64,000 bases of DNA. Source: an uncultured Clostridia bacterium. Its GTDB lineage: Bacteria; CAYTYR01; UBA6262. Location: contig CAYTYR010000008.1 in the NCBI GenBank assembly GCA_964441745.1, positions 18,701 to 82,700 on the forward strand, read 5' to 3'. The notes beneath the pieces are model-generated. The model was not told where the DNA came from. It ran no database searches and saw only the letters and a program-made list of their open reading frames with translations. Positions 44,515 through 54,408 of this stretch are shown here, piece after piece. The stretch's first letter is position 1. The number at the start of each line of letters is the position of its first letter. Both the position numbers and the translations under genes were made by a program.

Positions 44515-45543
44515 ATGGATGCCAAACTGAAAGAGATCATGGACGCCGCAGGAGTATCGGGAGCTGAAAGCGCCGTAGCCGCAATACTGAAAAGCGAGCT
44601 GGAAAAATCCGGCGCGCAAGTCACGATGGATAATTTCGGCAGTCTGATCGCCAAAAAGGGAACTGGCCATAAAAAAATCATGCTCGCCGCGCATATGGAT
44701 GAGATCGGATTAATGGTTAAGTGCATCACTAAAGAAGGCTTCATTCATTTTATAAAAATTGGCGGGATCGATGACCGAATTTTGCCGGCGCAGAGAGTGA
44801 TCATTAAAGCCAAGGAAGATGTTTTCGGCATCATCGGATCAAAGCCGCCGCATCTGCAGAAAGATGAAGAAAGAAAGGCGCCTCTAAAATATGAAGATAT
44901 GTTCATTGATATTGGCTGTACGAGCAAAGAAGAAACAGAAAAGCGGGTAACCGTGGGAGACACGATCATTTTTGAACCAAATGCCGGAGTCCTGCAAGGG
45001 CCACTGTGCTACGGCAAAGCAGTGGACAACCGTATTGGCTGTTATGCCATGCTCAAGATCATGGAGCGGATCAATGTCCCGGCTGTTGTATATGGAGTAG
45101 CCACGGCCCAGGAAGAAGTAGGTTTGAAAGGCGCTAAGACTTCCTCTTTTGGTTTAGCTCCTGATTTCGCGTTGGTGCTGGATACAACCTTGGCTGGCGA
45201 TACTCCGGGAATTTCTGAGAAGGAATCAGCGCTCAAGCTCGGAGCCGGGGTGGCGATCACGATCATCGAAGCTTCTGGCCGAGGAACGATCGTGACCGAG
45301 AAAATCAGAAAATTGATGATCGAAACTGCCCAGAAAAATAAGATCAAATACCAGATAGATGTGATCGAAGGCGGCGTGACAGACGGCGCTGTTATTTCCT
45401 TGAACCGGGAAGGTGTCTTGACGGGAATATTGAGCATTCCCACGCGCTATATCCATGCGCCGACCGGGGTGTTCAGTATGGATGACCTGAACAGCGCCAT
45501 TGAGCTGGGCGTGAAAATGGTGGAAAGACTGGCCGCAGAGTAA
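44515..45543 (+). CDS. M42-family aminopeptidase (FrvX/CelM-like)
   Basis: 'NFGSLIAKKGTGHKKIMLAAHMDEIGLMV' and the later 'YIHAPTGV' region fit the M42 family. The protein is 342 aa. Confidence 0.8.
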   Translation: MDAKLKEIMDAAGVSGAESAVAAILKSELEKSGAQVTMDNFGSLIAKKGTGHKKIMLAAHMDEIGLMVKCITKEGFIHFIKIGGIDDRILPAQRVIIKAKEDVFGIIGSKPPHLQKDEERKAPLKYEDMFIDIGCTSKEETEKRVTVGDTIIFEPNAGVLQGPLCYGKAVDNRIGCYAMLKIMERINVPAVVYGVATAQEEVGLKGAKTSSFGLAPDFALVLDTTLAGDTPGISEKESALKLGAGVAITIIEASGRGTIVTEKIRKLMIETAQKNKIKYQIDVIEGGVTDGAVISLNREGVLTGILSIPTRYIHAPTGVFSMDDLNSAIELGVKMVERLAAE

Positions 45544-45581
45544 AAAAAACCAGAACTTTGGTCTATTGTTAGGAGCAGTTA

Positions 45582-48500
45582 GTGTCGCAGCGATTATTCA
45601 AGAGTACTATTAAAGGGTTAAAAACTGGCCTGGAGGCGGTCATTCCGGCCAGGAAATTAACTGATGAGCAGCCCCTCCGGGCTGAACTTTTTAGTATTGA
45701 CCAGTTTGCGTTGCACGCCAAATTCCTGGCTGGTAAGCACATCGTCAGTTTTAAACGGGGACAGGAAAGACTCCTGGCCCGGTTGAAGGACAATGAAAAA
45801 ATACTGTTGCAGGCCTATGAACTGCTCAATGATGCCGGCAAAGCGAAAAGAAGGATCTCTCCCGCCGGGGAATGGCTCCTGGATAATTATTATTTGATCG
45901 AGGAACAGATACGCCTGGCGCAGAAATACCTGCCGAAAGGGTATAGCCGTGAATTGCCCAATCTAGTCGGGGGACCGCTGGCTGGATATCCCCGGGTTTA
46001 TGATCTAGCCATGGAAATAGTATCGCACGGGGACGGCCGGCTGGGCATCAAAGGGCTGACTGGTTTTATTTCTGCTTATCAAACAAAACAACATCTAAAA
46101 TTAGGCGAATTGTGGGCCATCCCCATTATGATCCGCCTGGCCTTAATAGAAAACTTGAGGCGTGTGTCCTCGCGGATGATCTTGTCGCAGGCCGACCGGG
46201 ACAAGGCTGATCACTGGGCCAACCGTATTCTGGAAGTATCAGCTAAAGATACCAATGATATAGTTTTGGAAATCGCCTCAATGGCTAAGGATGACTTAAC
46301 GCTGTCTGATTCTTTTGTGGCAGAATTCGTCAGGCGGCTCCACGGTCAAAGTTCTTCGCTGAACCTTTCCCTGATCTGGCTGGAAAAAAGGCTGGTCGAG
46401 CAGGGAGAAACTATTGACCGAATGATCCAATCGACCAGCCAGAAACAAGCCGCTGACCAAGTCTCGATCGCCAATAGTGTCGAGAGCCTGCGCATTCTGG
46501 ATAATATGGATTGGCATGATTTTGTTGAAGACCTGAGTATTGTCGAAAAAATATTAAAGCAGGACCCCTCAGGCCATTATGCGAAAATGTCTTTTGCTAC
46601 CCGCGACCGCTACCGCCATGTAATTGAAAAATTATCTGTCTGGAGCAAGCATTCGGAAGAGTTTATCGCCCAGCAGGTGGTGCGAAACGCGGCAGAAGCG
46701 CAAACCTTGACCAGCCAACAGGATGTAACTGCGCATATCGGGTATTACCTTATGGACAAAGGCTTGGGACAGCTTTATCGTTCCTTGAAACTGCGCTTGC
46801 CTTTAGGCGCGTGTTTGCAGGCGAAGAAGACCGGACTGCCGCTCACCATATATATAGGTTCGATCATGCTGATATCCCTGGCTTCTACTGCTCCGGCTTT
46901 GTTGATGGCCTGGCAGGGGGGATTGAAGAACTGGCCAGCGCTGGCTTTATTAGGATTTCTACTGCTGGTGGTGACCAGCCAGACCGCCATTTCCCTGGTA
47001 AACTGGGCGGCGACCCTGCTGGTTAAACCGAAAAACCTGCCCAAAATGGATTTCTCTGAAGGCATACCGGCAGAAGCACATACTTTAGTCGTGATCCCTT
47101 CCATGATCAGCAATGAACAGGCCGTGGAAACATTGATCGAAAATATTGAGGTCAGCTATCTCGCCAATACCGACGCCAATGTCGATTTCGCCTTGTTAAC
47201 TGATTTCCGGGACGCGCCACAAGAAACAATGCCTGAAGATGAAGCTTTAGCGGCGCTGGCCAGGGATGGCATCGAAAACCTCAACCATAAATACCGGCGG
47301 CATAAAGAAAATATATTTTATCTTTTACACCGGCCGCGCAAATGGAATAAACAGGAAAGAGCGTGGATCGGCTATGAACGGAAAAGGGGTAAGCTGTCAG
47401 ACCTGAATGCCCTCCTGCGCGGCAGCGGACAAGACAGATTCAGTTTGATCAGCGGCGATCCGTCAAGACTGCAGACCGTCAAATATGTGATCACGCTGGA
47501 TACCGATACCCGGATGGCCCGTGATGTCGCCCGCGACTTGACGGGGATCATTGCTCATCCTTTGAATCGGGCTTACTATGATGAGAATAAAAAACGGGTA
47601 ACCTCCGGGTATGGTATTTTACAACCCAGGGTAGAAGCCAGCTATCCCGGAGAAAATCCGTCATTATTTGTGAAAGTGTATGGCGGAAAATCCGGTATCG
47701 ATCCTTATACCAAAGCTGTATCAGATGTGTATCAGGACCTGTTTAACGAAGGCTCTTTTATCGGCAAGGGCCTTTATGATGTAGATGCTTTTGAAAAATC
47801 ACTGACCGGTCGTTTTCCGGAAAATTGCATCTTGAGCCATGACCTGCTGGAAGGATGCTATGCCCGCTCCGCGTTGGTGACTGATGTCCAGTTATATGAA
47901 GAATTTCCGAATAGTTACCTCAAGGATATGAGCCGCCGGCACCGCTGGATGCGCGGTGACTGGCAGATCAGCCGCTGGTTGTTCTCGACGGTTCCCGGGC
48001 TGGGTAACAATAAATTAAAAAATCCGCTCTCTTTCCTGTCAAAATGGAAAATCCTGGATAACCTGAGGCGCAGTCTCGTGCCGTTAGCGAGCGCCGCATT
48101 ATTTTTGTTTGGCTGGCTTTTTTTTCAGCCTTCCTGGCACTGGACGATCATGGTCCTCATTTTCACCGGGTTACCCTTACTGTTCATGGCCTTGGTTGAG
48201 ATCATCAGAAAACCAGAGGGGATATTACTGGCGGCTCATTTAGTGTCCGCTTTTTCCTCACTGCGCGCCCATGCCATCCAATTTTGTTTTTCACTGGCTT
48301 TTATTATCTATGAAGCGCAGGTCAGTTTAGACGCAATGCTGACAACTTTTTGGCGGATGCTCATTTCCCGCCGGTACTTGCTGGAATGGAAAACCTCCAC
48401 TGAAGCCGGTGCCTATACACCTAAAAACATTCCGGCTTGCTATCAAAAGATGTTGATCGCTCCTTTAGCTGCCCTGGTTTCCTTTTTGGGTATAGTGTCG

Positions 48501-51500
48501 GCTAACATACCTGTTTACCCATTGGCGCTGTTGCTGTTGGGCGCCTGGCTGCTTTCCCCGGCCATCGCTTGTGTCATCAGCCGGCCATCTCTCTCCCGCA
48601 AAATTATATTGTCCGGTTCAAAGATCCGCTTTCTCCGGAGACAGTCCCGCCGGACCTGGAATTTTTTCGAAACTTTTGTCACAGAAAAGGATAATTGGCT
48701 GCCGCCTGATAATTACCAGGAAGAGCCGGTCAGCGCCATCGCTCACAGAACCTCGCCTACTAATATTGGTTTGTCACTTTTAGCGAACCTGTCAGCGTAC
48801 GATTTCGGGTATTTGTCCATGGGCCTGATGTTTAACCGGATGGAAAAAACCCTCAAAACAATGGACGGCATGGATAAATTCAGGGGACATTTTTACAACT
48901 GGTACGATACCGGCACATTAAAGCCCTTGGAGCCATTGTATGTCTCGTCTGTAGATAGCGGAAATTTGGTCGGCCATTTGCTGGTGCTGCGTTCGGGATT
49001 AATGGAAATGTCTGACGAGAAAGTAGTATCACTGAAAATATTTGACGGGCTGGCCGACACCTTGAATGTTTTACAGGAAAGCGTCAAGGAACTGGGCAAG
49101 ATGAAAACAGGCAGCCTCCCCGGCACGATGCAAAAAATAGGGGAACGAATAGAAAATTTAAGAGCCAGGATCAAAGCCCCGACACTATACCTTTCGGAAA
49201 TACATACTCTTTTACGCCAATTCTCGATGGATATCTCCAAGATGTTGTCTGACCTGGACCGGAAGGAATTAGAAAAAGCTAAAAAATGGGCCCGCGCCCT
49301 GGAAAAGCAGTGCTATGATTACCTGGAGGATATGGCTTTTGTCGCACCCTGGATCGCGCTAACCCCGGAAATACCGGGGATGTGGGACCAGGTGGACGAG
49401 AAGCAACCTGACCTGCTGGCCCAGCTAAGGGAGGAATTGCGGCGCCTGGATGAAATCCCCACCCTGGGAGAAGTGGCCCAGCTGGAGCGGAAACTCCTGC
49501 CGCTGATCGATGCAATATTAGAGAATGTCGTTTTAAATGATAATGGAACAGACAGGATAAAAGAATGGTTCACTCAGCTGAAAAATATAATCAAGGATGC
49601 GGGAACAAGGGCCAGCGAAAGGCTCAAGGCAATTGATTATATAGCGTTACGCTGCAGCGAGCTATCGACGATCGAATATGAATTTCTTTATAACAAGACT
49701 TCGCATCTGCTTTCCATTGGTTACAATGTCAAGGAACATAAATCCGATCCATCTTGTTATGACCTGCTGGCCTCGGAAGCCCGTCTCTGCAGTTTTGTGG
49801 CTATTGCCCAGGGGCGAATGCCCCAGGAGCACTGGTTCATGCTTGGGCGTCTGCTTTCCAAGACCGGCGGTGATCCGGTCCTGATCTCGTGGGGCGGCTC
49901 GATGTTTGAATACCTGATGCCCTTGCTGGTCATGCCTACTTATGAAGGCACACTGCTGGATCGCACATACAAATCAATGATCAAAAGACAGATCGATTAT
50001 GCTTCCCATAATAACATACCCTGGGGTATCTCTGAATCCGGTTACAATAAGATCGACGCGAACATGATGTACCAGTACCATTCTTTCGGCGTGCCGGATA
50101 CTGGTTTTAAGCGGGGATTATCCGAAAACCTGGTAGTAGCCCCGTATGCCTCGGTAATGGCCTTGATGGTGGAACCGGAAAAAGCTTACGAGAACCTGAA
50201 GTATTTGCAAGATCAAGGATTCGGCGGAGAGTATGGTTTTTATGAAGCGATAGATTATACACCTTCCCGGCTGGCCTCTGGTGAAACTCACGCGGTCATT
50301 AAATCATTCATGGCTCATCACCAGGGGATGAGCTTATTGTCCCTGGCCTATGTCTTACTGGACCGGCCGATGCAAAGGCGCTTCCTGGCTGATCCCATGT
50401 TCAAGGCTACTGAACTACTCCTGCAGGAACGGGTGCCTAAAGAGGTGCCGTACTTATATGATGTCGAAGTGACGGGTCTGCTGAGGAAAGTGGAGGAAAG
50501 GGAAGCGCTGCTGCGTGTCTTTGCTACCCCGGATACACCGATGCCCGAGACCCACCTGTTATCTAACGGCCGATACAGTGTGATGGTCACTAATTCCGGC
50601 GGCGGATACAGCCGCTGGAAAAATATGGCGGTAACCAGATGGCATGAAGATGCGGCCCTGGACAATGAAGGAACATTCATTTACCTGCGTGATATGATCT
50701 CCGGCGAGTTCTGGTCCACGGCGCACCAGCCGACCCGGCAAAAAGCAAAAAATTATGAAGCTATATTTTCCCAGTCGCGGGCCGAATTCAAGCGCCAGGA
50801 TCACGCTATTGACACTCATCTGGAAATAGCGGTTTCACCGGAAGACGATATAGAACTGCGCCGGGTCAAGATCACTAACCTCTCCCGGCATAACCGTATT
50901 ATTGAATTGACCAGTTACGCTGATGTAGTACTAAATTACCCGGCCGAAGATCAGGCGCACAAAACCTTCAGCAACCTGTTCGTCCAGACAGAAATAGTCA
51001 GGTCACACCAGGCGATCATCTGCCGCCGGCGGCCGCGGTCGGAGAAAGATTCTTTCCCGCTGATGCTGCACCTGATGGCCGTACATGGCAAATCCATTGT
51101 CGGCGCTGCTTATGAAACAGACCGCAGTAAGTTTATCGGCCGGGGCAATACACTGGCCAATCCCGCGGCGATGATCAACAAGGGAAATCTCTCGGACAGC
51201 GAAGGCCCGGTGCTGGATCCGGCAGTTTCCATCCGCTGTAGGATAGAACTGGAGCCGGAAGAATCAGCGACTATAGATTATGTTACGGGTATCTGCGACA
51301 GCCGGGAAGCGGCCCAAAAATTAATGGAGAAATACCGGGACCGCAATCTTTCCGACCGGGTTTTCGACCTGGCTTGGACGCATGGACAAGTGGCTTTACA
51401 GCAGATCAATGCGACAGAGGCTGATGCCCAGCTGTACGGCCGCCTGGCTACAGCTATTGTTTACGCCAATCCGGCCTGGAGAGCCCAGCCGAGTATCTTG

Positions 51501-54371
51501 CGGCATAATTTCCGGGGACAATCTGATTTATGGGGTTACGATATTTCCGGGGACCTGCCGATCGTTCTTGTGCGCATCGAGAATCAGGAAAATATCGAAT
51601 TGATCGAACGCATGGTACAGGCACATTCCTATTGGCGCATGAAGGGCCTGGCCGTGGACCTGGTAATATGGAACGAGGACCATTCGGTTTACCGGGATAT
51701 GATGAGTGAAAAGATCAATGGTTTGATCTCGGCCAATGCCGGGGGACCCTCAAACCAGCCGGCCGGGATATTTTTAAGACGGGCCGATCAGATGTCTGAA
51801 GAAGATAAAATACTCATCCAGACAGTCGCGCGAATAGTGCTCACTGACCGGGGCGGAACCTTAGCGGAACAGCTGGAAAGCATGGCCAAACCAAAGATAC
51901 ACCGGCCAGCCTTAGTACCGGTAAAAAAAGCCAGCCATGAAGAAACCCCTGCCATCCAGACAGAGCATACTGACCTGGCCTATTTCAACGGACTGGGAGG
52001 ATTTACCCGTGACGGCAGGGAATATGTGATCACTACCGGAGCGGCAATACGGACACCCGCACCGTGGGTAAATGTGCTGGCTAACAAGAATTTTGGCGCC
52101 GTGATCTCTGAAAGCGGCAGTGCTTATACCTGGAGTGAAAATGCGCATGAGTTCCGCTTAACACCATGGAAGAATGACCCGGTCACTGATGCGAGTGGAG
52201 AAGCGCTTTATCTACGCGATGAAGAGACAGGGCAATTCTGGTCACCAACCCCGCTGCCGGCCACAGGAAAAACCAGCTACTTGTCGCGCCATGGTTTCGG
52301 ATACAGTGTCTTCGAGCACACGGAGAATGGCGTTAGAACAGAGCTGACAGTTTTTGTTTCCCTGGACGAGCCGGTAAAATTCTCTATTTTGAAAATCAAG
52401 AATATTTCCGGGCGGACCAAGCGTCTTTCCGCCACATCATATAATGAGCTGGTACTGGGAACTTTTAGGGATAAGTACCTGCTGCATATCGTGACCGAGG
52501 CCGACCCTAAGAGCGGCGCAATACTCGCCCATAATCATTACAATAAGGAATTCCCGCACCATGTGGTTTTCCTTGATGCCACTGAAGGAAAGCGTTTTAT
52601 GAGCGGAGACCGGAATGAGTTCCTGGGCCGCAACGGCTCCCTGGCAGCGCCCGCCGCACTGCTTAGAGACAAGCTTTCAGGCAAGACCGGCGCGGGTCTG
52701 GACCCGTGCGCTTGCCTGCAGGTGCCTTTGGAGCTGGCGGACGGCGACGAAAAGGAGATAGCGTTTACTTTCGGCGCAGGTAAAAACATAGAAGAGGCGC
52801 GCCGTATTCTCCAGCGTTTTAACAGTTTGGTGTCAATCCGCCAGGAACTGGAAAATGTCTGGGAATTCTGGAAACACACTCTCGGCGTAGTGTATATTGA
52901 AACACCGGACAACGCGATCAATTATCTCGTCAATGGCTGGCTGCAATACCAGACGATCAGCTGCCGCCTGTGGGGACGGAGCGGGTATTACCAGTCTGGC
53001 GGGGCCTACGGATTCCGCGACCAGCTGCAAGATGTGATGTCTCTGATGCATTCCAATCCCCATCTGGCACGGGAACACCTGCTGGACTTTGCGGGTCATC
53101 AATTTGTCGAAGGAGATGTCCAGCACTGGTGGCATCCTCCCTCCGGGCGGGGAGTCCGCAGTAATTGTTCAGATGACTATTTATGGCTGACCTTGGTCAC
53201 TTGTCTTTATGTCCAGGAGATAGGAGACACCGGGGTTTTAGATGAACAGGTACGCTTCCTCGAAGGATCACCAGTACAACCAGGTGAAGATTCAAACTTT
53301 GATCTGCCCAGGATAGCGCGCCAATCAGGAACCTTATATGAACACTGCGTCACTGCTGTTAAGCGGGGATTAAAATTTGGCGTTCACGGCCTGCCCTTGA
53401 TGGGCAGTGGTGATTGGAATGATGGCATGAACCTGGTGGGCAATGAAGGAAAAGGGGAAAGCGTCTGGCTGGCTTTTTTCCTGTACCAGGTGCTGACCTC
53501 AATGGCGGGTCTGGCGGCACAGCGCGGCGATAAGGATTTTGCCGATATCTGCCTTCAAGAAGCCGGGACACTTTCCCGGAACATCGAGGATAAGGCCTGG
53601 GACGGCCAATGGTACCAGCGGGCTTATTTTGATAACGGGCAAGTCCTGGGTTCGGCGTCAAACAGTGAATGCCGGATCGATTCCCTGCCGCAATCATGGG
53701 CAGTAATTTCCGGGGCTACCGGCAAGGAAAGAGCTAAAATGGCCATGGACCAGGTGGACCAATTGCTGGTCAACAGGAAAGATTCCCTGATCAAGCTTTT
53801 CGACCCGCCCTTTGATGCCGGTGCGAGCAATCCGGGTTACATCAAGGGCTATGTCCCGGGGGTGAGGGAAAACGGCGGACAATATACTCATGCCGCTATC
53901 TGGACAGTGCTGGCCTTTGCCATACTCAAAGACAGGAAACGGGCCTGGGAATTGCTGGCGATGATCAATCCGATACTGCACAGCGCTACGGCAGACGCCT
54001 GTGATATTTACAAAGTGGAACCGTTTGTCATGGCCGCAGATGTGTACTCCGGCAAAGACCAGGCGGGACGCGGCGGCTGGACATGGTATACCGGGTCTGC
54101 CTCCTGGATGTATCAAGTCATTGTTAAGTACCTGCTGGGCATCCGGCTGGATGTGGAGCGGCTTTATTTCGAACCATGCCTGCCCGCAGACTGGACCTCA
54201 TTCAAACTTCATTACCGGTACCGTGAAACATTCTACCATATAACCTTCCAGAGATCAGGTTCAGAGGATAAGATAATCTCGGTCCTGGTTGATGGGACAG
54301 AGCAGGCCGGCAAGTCTATCGCGCTGGTCGATGACCGGGTGGAACATGTGGCGGAAGTGAAAATCGGCTAA
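45582..54371 (+). CDS. Cyclic beta-1,2-glucan synthase homolog (NdvB/ChvB/Cgs-like): a multi-TM N-terminal region, a GT84-like glycosyltransferase domain and a GH94-like C-terminal phosphorylase domain
   Basis: The 2929-aa size matches Cgs (~2850 aa). A TM cluster lies at about aa 420–480, with another near aa 830–1000. The glycosyltransferase motif is 'VITLDTDTRMARD'. The C-terminal 'GSGDWNDGMN' and the (alpha/alpha)6-type segments are typical of GH94. Confidence 0.75.
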   Translation: MSQRLFKSTIKGLKTGLEAVIPARKLTDEQPLRAELFSIDQFALHAKFLAGKHIVSFKRGQERLLARLKDNEKILLQAYELLNDAGKAKRRISPAGEWLLDNYYLIEEQIRLAQKYLPKGYSRELPNLVGGPLAGYPRVYDLAMEIVSHGDGRLGIKGLTGFISAYQTKQHLKLGELWAIPIMIRLALIENLRRVSSRMILSQADRDKADHWANRILEVSAKDTNDIVLEIASMAKDDLTLSDSFVAEFVRRLHGQSSSLNLSLIWLEKRLVEQGETIDRMIQSTSQKQAADQVSIANSVESLRILDNMDWHDFVEDLSIVEKILKQDPSGHYAKMSFATRDRYRHVIEKLSVWSKHSEEFIAQQVVRNAAEAQTLTSQQDVTAHIGYYLMDKGLGQLYRSLKLRLPLGACLQAKKTGLPLTIYIGSIMLISLASTAPALLMAWQGGLKNWPALALLGFLLLVVTSQTAISLVNWAATLLVKPKNLPKMDFSEGIPAEAHTLVVIPSMISNEQAVETLIENIEVSYLANTDANVDFALLTDFRDAPQETMPEDEALAALARDGIENLNHKYRRHKENIFYLLHRPRKWNKQERAWIGYERKRGKLSDLNALLRGSGQDRFSLISGDPSRLQTVKYVITLDTDTRMARDVARDLTGIIAHPLNRAYYDENKKRVTSGYGILQPRVEASYPGENPSLFVKVYGGKSGIDPYTKAVSDVYQDLFNEGSFIGKGLYDVDAFEKSLTGRFPENCILSHDLLEGCYARSALVTDVQLYEEFPNSYLKDMSRRHRWMRGDWQISRWLFSTVPGLGNNKLKNPLSFLSKWKILDNLRRSLVPLASAALFLFGWLFFQPSWHWTIMVLIFTGLPLLFMALVEIIRKPEGILLAAHLVSAFSSLRAHAIQFCFSLAFIIYEAQVSLDAMLTTFWRMLISRRYLLEWKTSTEAGAYTPKNIPACYQKMLIAPLAALVSFLGIVSANIPVYPLALLLLGAWLLSPAIACVISRPSLSRKIILSGSKIRFLRRQSRRTWNFFETFVTEKDNWLPPDNYQEEPVSAIAHRTSPTNIGLSLLANLSAYDFGYLSMGLMFNRMEKTLKTMDGMDKFRGHFYNWYDTGTLKPLEPLYVSSVDSGNLVGHLLVLRSGLMEMSDEKVVSLKIFDGLADTLNVLQESVKELGKMKTGSLPGTMQKIGERIENLRARIKAPTLYLSEIHTLLRQFSMDISKMLSDLDRKELEKAKKWARALEKQCYDYLEDMAFVAPWIALTPEIPGMWDQVDEKQPDLLAQLREELRRLDEIPTLGEVAQLERKLLPLIDAILENVVLNDNGTDRIKEWFTQLKNIIKDAGTRASERLKAIDYIALRCSELSTIEYEFLYNKTSHLLSIGYNVKEHKSDPSCYDLLASEARLCSFVAIAQGRMPQEHWFMLGRLLSKTGGDPVLISWGGSMFEYLMPLLVMPTYEGTLLDRTYKSMIKRQIDYASHNNIPWGISESGYNKIDANMMYQYHSFGVPDTGFKRGLSENLVVAPYASVMALMVEPEKAYENLKYLQDQGFGGEYGFYEAIDYTPSRLASGETHAVIKSFMAHHQGMSLLSLAYVLLDRPMQRRFLADPMFKATELLLQERVPKEVPYLYDVEVTGLLRKVEEREALLRVFATPDTPMPETHLLSNGRYSVMVTNSGGGYSRWKNMAVTRWHEDAALDNEGTFIYLRDMISGEFWSTAHQPTRQKAKNYEAIFSQSRAEFKRQDHAIDTHLEIAVSPEDDIELRRVKITNLSRHNRIIELTSYADVVLNYPAEDQAHKTFSNLFVQTEIVRSHQAIICRRRPRSEKDSFPLMLHLMAVHGKSIVGAAYETDRSKFIGRGNTLANPAAMINKGNLSDSEGPVLDPAVSIRCRIELEPEESATIDYVTGICDSREAAQKLMEKYRDRNLSDRVFDLAWTHGQVALQQINATEADAQLYGRLATAIVYANPAWRAQPSILRHNFRGQSDLWGYDISGDLPIVLVRIENQENIELIERMVQAHSYWRMKGLAVDLVIWNEDHSVYRDMMSEKINGLISANAGGPSNQPAGIFLRRADQMSEEDKILIQTVARIVLTDRGGTLAEQLESMAKPKIHRPALVPVKKASHEETPAIQTEHTDLAYFNGLGGFTRDGREYVITTGAAIRTPAPWVNVLANKNFGAVISESGSAYTWSENAHEFRLTPWKNDPVTDASGEALYLRDEETGQFWSPTPLPATGKTSYLSRHGFGYSVFEHTENGVRTELTVFVSLDEPVKFSILKIKNISGRTKRLSATSYNELVLGTFRDKYLLHIVTEADPKSGAILAHNHYNKEFPHHVVFLDATEGKRFMSGDRNEFLGRNGSLAAPAALLRDKLSGKTGAGLDPCACLQVPLELADGDEKEIAFTFGAGKNIEEARRILQRFNSLVSIRQELENVWEFWKHTLGVVYIETPDNAINYLVNGWLQYQTISCRLWGRSGYYQSGGAYGFRDQLQDVMSLMHSNPHLAREHLLDFAGHQFVEGDVQHWWHPPSGRGVRSNCSDDYLWLTLVTCLYVQEIGDTGVLDEQVRFLEGSPVQPGEDSNFDLPRIARQSGTLYEHCVTAVKRGLKFGVHGLPLMGSGDWNDGMNLVGNEGKGESVWLAFFLYQVLTSMAGLAAQRGDKDFADICLQEAGTLSRNIEDKAWDGQWYQRAYFDNGQVLGSASNSECRIDSLPQSWAVISGATGKERAKMAMDQVDQLLVNRKDSLIKLFDPPFDAGASNPGYIKGYVPGVRENGGQYTHAAIWTVLAFAILKDRKRAWELLAMINPILHSATADACDIYKVEPFVMAADVYSGKDQAGRGGWTWYTGSASWMYQVIVKYLLGIRLDVERLYFEPCLPADWTSFKLHYRYRETFYHITFQRSGSEDKIISVLVDGTEQAGKSIALVDDRVEHVAEVKIG

Positions 54372-54408
54372 GGGCAGGCCTTAAAATATTTTAGAACAAG
54401 GAGCGTGA

